Shown: piece by piece, positions 55,084-64,000 of the stretch
Layout: each line of letters opens with the position of its first letter
Position numbering within the stretch: position 1 is the stretch's first letter
Source: Carpediemonas membranifera BICM
Lineage: Eukaryota; Protista; Fornicata
DNA length: 64,000 bases
Reading direction: 5' to 3'
Assembly: GCA_019828565.1 (NCBI GenBank)
Contig: JAHDYR010000007.1
Coordinates: 231,600 to 295,599, forward strand
The notes under the pieces: model-generated
Database searches by the model: none
What the model was told of the DNA's origin: nothing
What the model saw: the letters and a program-made list of their open reading frames with translations, nothing else
Made by a program: the position numbers and the translations under genes

Positions 55084-58000
55084 TTACAGACCGTCTCGCT
55101 TGGCTTGGTCAGACTTCAAATATGTATCGAGGGCTTCCAAATCTTTGACGTGCGAATAAGGTTCGAATGAAGCCTCTGAATCCTCGAATCCGACCCAGTG
55201 TACGAGGTACTCGCGCCTTGACTTGGGGCCCGAGCCTCTAGAGCGTGAGATGCGCTCGACATGCCACTCATCGACGGAAGCGGCTGCGAGGTCATAGATC
55301 TGTTGCTCCGAGAGCTTGCCTGGGTCAAATCTTCGCACACGTGCCGCGTCTACCTTGATAGTTGGACCGTCCGCTGACTGACTGAGGTCTTGGACCTCAT
55401 ATGCGACGACAACACCATTACGTTTGACGGCTGCGACACGCCTCATGGGGCCGCGCCAGCCCGGGGCTAGCTTGCTCGGTGGTCTTGGGTAGTATTTGAC
55501 CAGCACGAAACGGCTCAATATCTCGCTTCTCGATGAGGTTGCCTTTGCGAGAGCGTCTTCGCGCATGGCTCTAATCCTTGCTTTGGCGAGTTGGATGGCG
55601 GCATCGGCTGCGGCTAGCTTCGACTGTGGCGGACCAGCCGAGGCGGCATCCGTGATATAGATCGATGACGGTATTGATAAGTTGGCGCCAAACATGATCT
55701 CGGCCGGAGTCAACCGGGTCGGGATCCTGGGCATTGAGTTGACCAAGAATTGGGCGACTGGTAGGTGTGCTACCCAATCGTTATTCCTTAACTCCAGCTT
55801 CCTGGCTCTGAGGATGCGTTCGACCTCCTTGTTCGCGCGTTCGACGACACCGTTGCTCTGGGGATGGTATGCTGTCGTTATGTGGACGTCGAACCCCATC
55901 TCTTCGGAGAGGCGTTTGAACAGAGCGTTTTTGAACTCTGAGCCCCCATCCGATTGGACGACTTCGGGGCATCCGTATCGTAGAATCCAGGTGTTGACCA
56001 ATGCGTTGGCTGCGTCTTTGGCTGAGGTGCTGTTGACCGGGACTAGCTCTGTCCAGCGGGAGCACATGTCGATCATTACTGTCACGTAGGACAGGCCGTT
56101 GACCGTCGGTAGCGGACCCATGGTGTCAATGGCCACACGCCGGAACGGGAGGTCTACAGCTGTATGCAGGCCGTCGGGCGTATCAACAGGAGGGCGGGCC
56201 AAGACTTGGCACTCTGGACACGCGGTAATCACGTCGTCTACGACTTGACGGGAGACAGACAAACCGTCGGCCCTAAGTTGCTCGGTTGTCATCCGGCGAG
56301 ACAGATGAGCTCCTGCTGTGAGATGAGCGCGGGATACCTGATCCCTCGACGCCTGTTGCATGGAGAATACTCGAGAGACCGTCGGCTCCACCGTTGTCCA
56401 GACCGGCGATGTGCTGTAGGGTGAAATCTAAATCGGCGATCGAATCAGCCCACCGGCGGACCTTGGCGTTGGTGGACCGGTACATATAGAGTAGGTTCCG
56501 GTGATCCGTGGGAATAGTAAAGCTCTCCCAGCACAGGAACTTGCGCCATCGTTGTAACGCTGCCACGATAGCGTAGGCTTCTTTCTCACCGGTGCACCAG
56601 CGTGACTGGACGTCGTTGAACGCACGCGACATATAGCAAACTGGTCGGCCCTCTTGGAGTAAGACTGCTCCGTACCCGACATCGGATGCGTCAGTCATGA
56701 CGGTGTGAGGCTTAGTCGCGTCGAACATGGCTAGAGCGTCGGCCGAATATAAAGCTTGTTTCAGATCGTCCAGCGACTTCTGAAGAACGTCTCGAGGGGG
56801 TCTGCCGACCGGACATGGCGTCTAGCAGAGGCTTAGCTCGGACCGCGAAGTTGGGTATGTAATCGCGGAAATAGTTGAGGAATCCGTTGAGACCCTGCAT
56901 GCCCTTCGTGGATGAAGACAGCTTGAGGTTCGCGATATCTTCGGTCCGCTGGGGTGAGATCTTCACGCTGCCTTGGGATATGATCCACCCGAGGAACTCG
57001 ACCTCTTGCCGACCGAACTGGCACTTATCTCGGCCGAGCTGAAGGTTAAGCTTGTCAACGCGTTGCATGACTTTTTCGAGGTTTCCCAGGTACTCGTCCT
57101 CATCCGCACCCATGACGATGATGTCATCAATATATATGACACAGGCGGAGCCCACCAGACCCTTGAACCCGTCTTCCATCGCCCTCTGGAAGTACGCTCC
57201 GGCGTTACGTAAGCCGAAGGGCATCCGTGTATATTGGTATTGACCAAAAACAGTACGGAAGGCGGTTAGGTGACGGCACCGTTCAGTAAGAGGGATCTGA
57301 TGGTATCCTGCTGACAAGTCTAGGGTAGCGAACACAGACTTTCCGGACAGTTGAGTGAGAACTTCGTCTATGCGAGGGATGGGGTAGTCGAATGGTTCCG
57401 TTAGTTGATTGATCTCGCGGAAGTCGACGACAAAACGCGTCTTTCCCCCCTTCTTTGGGACTATGATGGTAGGGCTCGCGTATTGAGACTGGCATGCCTC
57501 GATGTAGCGCTTTGCCAGGAGCGTATTAATGTGCTCTTGAATGATCGGGACTTTCGGCGGGGGAACATAGTACGGCCGAATGTGTACGACTCTGTCGCCC
57601 TTGAGGACCAAATCATACGGTTCGAGCCGGCTTGGCTCGGTACGGTCCACGAATGTCCGGGCGTAACGCTTGAGGATGTCGGCCTGCCTCTGAGAAAAGG
57701 AATAGGACATGGCTCTGGCTTGCGCGACGTACTTCTCGAATGTAGGTGGTTCGTCGCTGGCTGCGAGCTCGCTGGTAGGCTCAGACAACGAAGGGAGAAG
57801 GCCGATCTCCACCATCTGAGGGTAACCCAGGCATACGTCGAAAGCAGTCGACAGGACGTAGGCCTTAATAGTGATAGAGCATCCGCGCGGAGTGAATGGC
57901 GAGGGCGCTAAGACGAGGCGGAAGGATACCTGACCCTCGGCCTCTCTGACGCCGCCCACTGTCTCGATAAGTGTCTTCTCGTGTGAGATCCACTTCACTG

Positions 58001-59018
58001 CCTTGCCGTGGCAGAGCTTGGGGTCAATGGTTGCGCAGTCAGCGCCCGAGTCGAACAGGACGGACACGACTTGCTTAAGAATGCTAGCCTTGACGGAGGG
58101 GAGGACACTCTGACGGGAACCGAGAGAAAACACACAACGAGCTGAATTTACCTCAGAACGGCAGAATTCAGCTCGGTGGCCCGGCTTCTGGCACTTGGAA
58201 CAGGTTGTCTTCGGAGCAGGGCATCGGCGAGCGGAGTGACCGACCTTACCGCAGTTGAAGCACACGAATGGCTTCTTCTCGTGCTTGGGCTTGTCGATCG
58301 GCTTGCCTTTTGAGGGGGCTACGTTCGTGCGGTCAGGCTCGCGTCGATGAGGGTTCTTCGGACCGCTCCCCGTGTGCCGTGTATGGGAGGGCGTGGTGTT
58401 GGTACGCTGTGAGTCGGAGACCCCCGCAGCGCCGAAGGAAGCGATCATCTCATTGGACTCCTTGAGGTCGCGTGACATGACGAGGACATCAGCCATTGCG
58501 TCCTTGAGATCCTTGCGCTCCGTTGATTCTCTGACTCGATACATGATGCGACTGTTGTTGGGGAACTTGAAGCAGCGGCTGTACGTCTCCTTCAAGACGT
58601 CCTCGGGATCTTCGGGTTGAACGAGCTTCAAGAGCAGATTGAATCGGCGGTTCACTCGAGCAACCTCATCAGGCTCGAAGGACTTGGCGGGGACTCGGAA
58701 GAGCTGTAGACGCATGCTCGGGCGAGAAGGTCGAAGGGCAGCACCGAGGCGCTTGAGGACTCGTTCATCTTGGGCTGCGACACGACGTTTCTTACGGAGC
58801 TTCGCGGAGAGCAGGAGAGGAGTGTCTTCAACCTCTTCGTCGTCGTTAAGGCCTGCTAGCTCTGCTATGCTAGGCTCGATGAGGTCAATAACATCATCGC
58901 GGCCGCCTAAGGCGCGATGATCGTGGAGGTTATCCGCAAAGTCCAAAAGAGCGTCCATGGAGGACTTCTTCAGGAGAGGCGGATTCTTCTTCAGGCTTCT
59001 GTAAGTTTCCGTACCCAT
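55084..59018 (-). pseudogene. Gypsy E gag-pol (two frameshifts, ~56790 and ~56385)
   Basis: ORFs 56712-59018, 56273-56728 and 55084-56391, colinear with the D polyprotein. Confidence 0.92.
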
Positions 59019-61399
59019 ATGTTTTGGTAGTACTAGTACTGTGGTTCAATGGGTGTTGAACTTTTACAGAGGAGAAGACTCGACACGAGGGTGTCGAGGA
59101 GAAACTCCTTGACTATTAAATATAACGTAAATCTGTGTAACTTTGGGTAGGACCCACAACAAAGCTGTCTCCATGGCATATTGGAAGTGGCTGCCAGCCT
59201 GCTTTAGGCCGAAGGGGAGCCGAGAATAGCGGAATCTACCAAGATGTGTGGTGAAGGTGGTGAAGTCGCGTGAGGAAGGGTCGACAGCGATCTGGTGATG
59301 GCCGGATGAGAGATCAATGGTGGCGAAGAAGCGCTTCCCAGCTAGATGATCGAGTGTTTCATCGATCCTAGGTAGAGGGAAGTCGAAGTCCACGGTCTCT
59401 GCGTTCAGGCGATGGTAGTCTACGCACATGCGTGTCTTGGCTGTGTCCTTCTTGCTGACTATGACAACGGGGGATCCCCATGGGCTGGAGCAGCGTTCAA
59501 TGATGCCTAGGGCAAGGAGCTTGGTGACGTGTGCTTCATTCTCCTGCTGCTTCCACGTAGGGGCCGGATATGGACGTGAAGAGCATAACTTGTAGCCATC
59601 TTTGAGCTGTAGGGAAAATGGCTTCAGTTTTGACGGCTCAAGGGCTAGGTCGCCAAAAACATCGTTAAACTCCTCGATAATTGATGTGTATCGATCAGGT
59701 ACCACACCAGCGCATGATATAGACCGGTCTAACGAATCAACTGAGGCTTCGATGTGTTCACGAGGTAAAGTCGGGTTAATAAGGAGATCGATGAGGCCGA
59801 GCCTGCACATTGCTGGGAAGCCAATAATGACATCGAATGGGGATTCCTCTGGGACATAACCATCGAACTTAGTGGACAGGGAGTAGTGGAATATCTCATT
59901 AGGTGGGAGTGTAAGGTCAACCGACGCAGACCCCAACGTCTCCACCCACTGGTTGTTGGCCAGTTGCAGACGATGGCTGTGGAATGAGATCTTACTGACA
60001 ACGTGGCGGGCCAGTAGGTTGTGTGACGATCCTGTGTCAAGGAGTACGGTCACCTTGGTATTTCCTATCACACCGGCGCATGAAAGGACAGAGGAATTGA
60101 GAAGGGCAGAACAGCAACACGTCGCAGGATTTATACGATCCTTTGAAGTTTCGTCTGCGCGCTTCTTACGGCAATCGGTGTGTGTGTGGCCGACCTTCTT
60201 GCAGTATGCACACAAGGGGAGGCCTTTTTTCTTTGCGAAGCACTCGTCCTCGGTATGGCCCTTCTTCTGGCAGTAGGTGCATTTGGGCTGAGGCTTCGGG
60301 TCGGACTGGGTGTTGGACCTCTTAGCAGGCAGGGACTCGGCTGGGCGGGCGGATCTCATTACAGGGGCTCTCTGGGTGAAGGGAAGGGCTATCTTCAAGG
60401 CACGCTCCACGGCATGTGCGTGTTGCACCGCGAGTGCAAAGGTGTCGTTAAGAGACTTGTCCTTTGTGATGCCAGCCAGTTGGTCGTGGAAGGCGTGGAT
60501 GTGGGAGAAACCACGGATGAACGCTTCGCGAACTGTGTCGGTGCCGACATCGGCCTCAGGTATGATCTCCAAGAGTGTTCTGAACAGTTGGACGAAGCTG
60601 ACGACGTTGGCGGGGCTGCGGCCCTTCGCCTTACGGCTGAAGGCATCTGCCTTCGAGAACTGGTCCTCGGGGGTTACATGGGAAAAGACGGCCTCGCGAG
60701 CGGCCTTGTCCTTGTTCTTCTTGCGGAGCTTGTTTCTTGACTTTTCATCGGCGTCATCAGGGAAGTCGGGATCGGGGACCGAGGAGAGTCGGAAAGGGTT
60801 GCCTGACATTTTGAGTTCGCGGAGGACGTTCTTAGAAAGTAACTTATGAAAGTGTACTTTCGAATGACGAAGGGAATAGTCCGCGAGCTCCATCATGAAC
60901 GACAGGACTGCGGTAAGCGATAGGATGCTTAAAACAGGGCCACCAGCGCTAGGAGGAGCGTTTTTGCGACCTTTCCCGTCCGGGTAGTGAAGTCCGTTGT
61001 GTCATCTCTGGTGAAGATCATGGCAACGTCCCTTGTGGGAATAACCGCATCTGCTGTGGCTCTGATGCAGTCACATTCGTCCGGTGTGGCCATTTGCTTG
61101 CCCAGTGGCGTTAACGACTCCTTGATCCCATTTGGGGTGGTGTTTGCGCAATCCAAGGCGTCTGGGACGCTTTGGGAGCTGTTCGAGGTCATTGTGTGGC
61201 GTGGTCTCGAAAAGTCCCGGTTATTGATTCGGCCGAGATCAAGGCCCTCCTTCATGGGGGGAGGTGATGGGGTGTGTTGCTCGCTAGCTGGTGCCGTCTG
61301 GCTCGTTCGGTGGGGATGTGCTACGTACTTGGAATAGTTCGCCTGGACTCTGGGGTAGAACACAAATTTGGGGGGCCCTGGGCGGAGAACCCTCCACCC

Positions 61400-61722
61400 T
61401 CCGCCCTTGCCAGAACCGTTCTACCAAAATCGACTCGCTCGTCTCCATGTTCCAACAGCGCGCTGAGATCATCGATGACGTCCTCACGGATGCCGTCAAA
61501 GTGAGCGCGCTGTAGAAGCTCCTCCCTCGACGGTTCCGCAACCGCGTTGCCAACCTAGAGCACAAAGAAGTTTTCGATGACTTTATTGACGGCGTCTACG
61601 ATGGCATTGAAGAACTGCAAGACTTTGAAGCCGAGCAACGCGCCGAGGGCGCGGATCCCACTCCTTTTCTCGTTACAACACGCATCGCCCAAATGATCGC
61701 GTCAAAACCGAGACTCCCCTAA
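61400..61722 (+). pseudogene. Gag-like fragment of an LTR element
   Basis: FQQRAEIIDDVLTDAVKVSAL*KLLPRRFRNRV resembles the gag core of Gypsy A; premature stop. Confidence 0.4.
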
Positions 61723-61805
61723 GCCAGACCAATCCGTCAAAAAATTAACTGATCACGGCCGCGCAGTCGCGCAAGACGTCCGACGCTCCGCCCGACTCTT
61801 ACCCG

Positions 61806-62190
61806 GTGTCCCGGGCACAGGTGGTGGGCTCGATGAGGCGCGCATGGAGGGAGTGGGAGACCTTATGGGCCAGAAAAGAGGTCGTGAACACAGTGAGAGA
61901 CAGGGTGAAGGTATCCCCGGCAACAACCACTGCCCCGAGAGCGGACGGGAGGGAGGGGCCAATCAGCGATATGCTGAAAGAACTAGTGAGCATACAAGCA
62001 CTGAAGGTAGCAGAGGCGACCAACCTATCGCCGATATTCCTCATCCCGAAGAAGCTGTCGGACTGGAGGCTGATACACGATCTCCGCCCGTCAACTTCTA
62101 CCAGCAGATCCGCCAGTTCCGGCTGAAAGGACTGACGGAGGTGGTGGCGAGCCTGGCCCATGGCGCTTGGATGACGTCGGTCGACCTCAC
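61806..62190 (+). pseudogene. DIRS-type RT N-terminal fragment
   Basis: SPIFLIPKK..WRLIHDLR, then QFRLKGL...AWMTSVDL. Confidence 0.7.
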
Positions 62191-62199
62191 GTACTGGAG

Positions 62200-62637
62200 G
62201 CCCTCGGCAGTCGTGCCCAGCTGTAAGGTAAGGTACCCAGCATCGGCGAGGGCCCCCACGCGGTCGAGTCAGCCACAAGACAATTCGGCGCAGCCTTCAG
62301 AAAGCGCCTGGCCTTGGTCACCGAGATTTCCGATTCGCCCGAGCTGTTCTCTGGTATCTCCAAGGAGGACAAGGCCATCAGATTCAAGGCCCAGATGGCA
62401 CAGACCTTCCTCACGGGTCTTAAGCCGAAAAAGCTGAGGACCAACACCGCCTTAATGGCAAAGCTCTACAAGGCCGAAAGCTTCGACGACATCCACACTT
62501 TGGCCCTCAAGGCCGCAAAGCAATTAGACCGTATCGGCAAGCCCGTCGTTAAGCGCCTTAACAACAACATCCAACAGAGCCGTACTGGCCACAACGGTCG
62601 CGATTTCCGCCGTTCTGCATACTGTGAAAGTCGGTAG
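62200..62637 (+). pseudogene. Gag-like fragment
   Basis: QTFLTGLKP...SFDDIHTLAL resembles the LTR gags in the window. Confidence 0.4.
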
Positions 62638-63223
62638 ATAATCTAGGCCCTAAAAATCTTAGATTATCGATTTCTTCCGGACCGAAAATGAAGTATTCAT
62701 TGAATTTAAACAATTTACGGGAAAATGAATACCTTCATTGCATACTAAAGCGCGTATGCAGAGAGCCTGTAAGAGGTCCAGTGCGGTCTAAGCGCTGATT
62801 TCGACTTCTTTGCGACGCAGGTTAAGGCAAAACGATGAAACGAGCAATATCTCAAAATTGACACGTTGGAATCGGTACGAGAGTGATTTTGCAGACTGCT
62901 GACGGGATTTACATATGCGCACCTGCTCCTTCAGAATAGTGCTCTCAAGAACCGTCTGGTTCTGACGCAATCGCACTCGACTCTCCTGATTCCCAATGAA
63001 ATCACGTTCAAAGCACTCTTCGATGACTCGACCAAAGGAAGCCCGAGTCTTCGCTTGTATATCCGGCAGAGCGGCAACTGGCGAGGGGTAATTGCCTCCA
63101 ATGAGTGCCCCTGTCAGGGTCTTATCCAGACTTACACAGGATATTAATAATATTTACGCCAGTCAAAGGTTTTCCAGACGACACCCATATGTCGACTTCT
63201 TTCCTTGTAAAACTTGCTAGCTC

Positions 63224-63646
63224 CTAAGACCACACCCCGCAAACCTTGGACATGGCTGGATGGTCAGCGATAATAAAGACACGCGTTACTCGGCAGAGGA
63301 GACCCGTGTTCCTGACTTCCAGCACCTCGCGGTGTGTGCTCTCGATGGATTGTTCAATGAAGGCAAAGTGCTCAGTGATGAGACTTTCTGGGCCGTTGTA
63401 TTCAAGAATCCGGAAAGGAGGAGTCGCACCAGACGGAAAGACTTTGTGGGAGTCGTCGAGGAAACGAATCTTAACAGCGGTTGTCAGCCCTCTCCACGCA
63501 TCGACCCACACCTCTAACACGAGTGGGATCGTCCCCGTCTCAGCGGAATGACTCTGTCGTCTTAATGTCCGAGCTGCACTCTTGTGCCCGGATCGTGACG
63601 TCTCCAGCGATACAGGGAATGCAACCGCATGGCGACAATACTCCAT
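63224..63646 (-). pseudogene. Possible DDE transposase fragment (CMC/EnSpm-like)
   Basis: LEVWVDAW and FIIADHPAMSKVCG resemble the D and D.PA....G motifs; only short motifs support this. Confidence 0.3.
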
Positions 63647-64000
63647 GATATCGAATGATGCATGATATATCGTGCGTTTAATCTAAAATAAGCTTAAATT
63701 AAGGCTTATTGGTTTGTTTGAGTAATTCAGAGAGGCGCTCAGGATTCATAATGGTTTATCCGCCACAGATGCTGAGCTTGATAGCTTCTATGAGCTCCGA
63801 AGGCCAAGGTCCTTCTGAAATCACCAGAACCTGCCGCCGTGTGTTCGGCCAAGGCAGCGTTTCCAATGTGCGCAAGCGTTTGTCCTTCATGGACGGCGAT
63901 GAGAAGAAGGAGGAGAGGAAGAAGCGCCCACAGGAGTTCCGTGCGGCAGAGGTGAGGGAGTTTTTGCAAAGAGCAGTCCCTCAGAGAGACTACATCCTTG

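Larger units (their letters stand above)
53220..59161 (-). mobile_element. Gypsy E: chromodomain LTR retrotransposon (122-bp LTRs, AAGC TSD), close relative of D, with a spliced antisense gene
   Basis: Identical LTRs 53220-53341 and 59040-59161; TSD aagc; PPT ggaggggcag. Confidence 0.95.
50817..60935 (-). mobile_element. Gypsy H: 5'-truncated chromodomain element, putative 3' LTR 50817-50916, containing nested Gypsy E
   Basis: gag-2xCCHC-PR-RT 59162-60896 rejoins (METALD) at 53219; RH/IN 51966-52976; IN remainder and chromodomain 51237-51937; PPT aagagggaggcac, then a TGTT...AACA 100-bp segment. Confidence 0.85.

Noticed and set aside
60929-61363. Overlapping ORFs on both strands upstream of the Gypsy H gag
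   Set aside because: No recognisable motifs, and no copy of the H LTR or a palindrome; cannot be assigned.
149-63969. Numerous short opposite-strand ORFs in the six-frame track
   Set aside because: They are shadows of GC-rich retroelement coding sequence. Only the three antisense genes lying outside pol, with homology, intron or promoter support, were accepted.

Overview
The window is eukaryotic, almost entirely nested retroelements, and has no recognisable host gene. It contains: (i) two APE-RT non-LTR (LINE-like) elements, one complete with a 14-bp TSD, plus a remnant of a third; (ii) a co-oriented minus-strand run of five DIRS-type tyrosine-recombinase retroelements from four families; (iii) eight Ty3/Gypsy LTR elements (labelled A-H; seven show an integrase chromodomain) with unusually short LTRs (53-195 bp). 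Main observations: (1) all six Gypsy elements with a visible 5' LTR have no tRNA primer-binding site. Each instead has a different perfect 12-14-bp palindrome overlapping the LTR end and ending at +11, which suggests tRNA-independent, possibly dimer-mediated priming. (2) Three Gypsy elements carry a convergent antisense gene for a ~350-370-aa protein with a C-terminal chromo-like domain. A conserved motif sits 122-123 bp upstream of its ATG, and two copies share a 34-nt GT-AG intron. (3) ORF1 of the complete LINE encodes a Maelstrom/arenavirus-NP-like Zn-DEDDh nuclease. (4) A ~100-nt covarying, probably pseudoknotted RNA structure follows the ORF1 stop in two divergent LINEs. (5) One intact element has 53-bp LTRs. 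Several frameshifts fall in homopolymers and may be sequencing errors. All calls come from reading motifs by eye; no searches were run.
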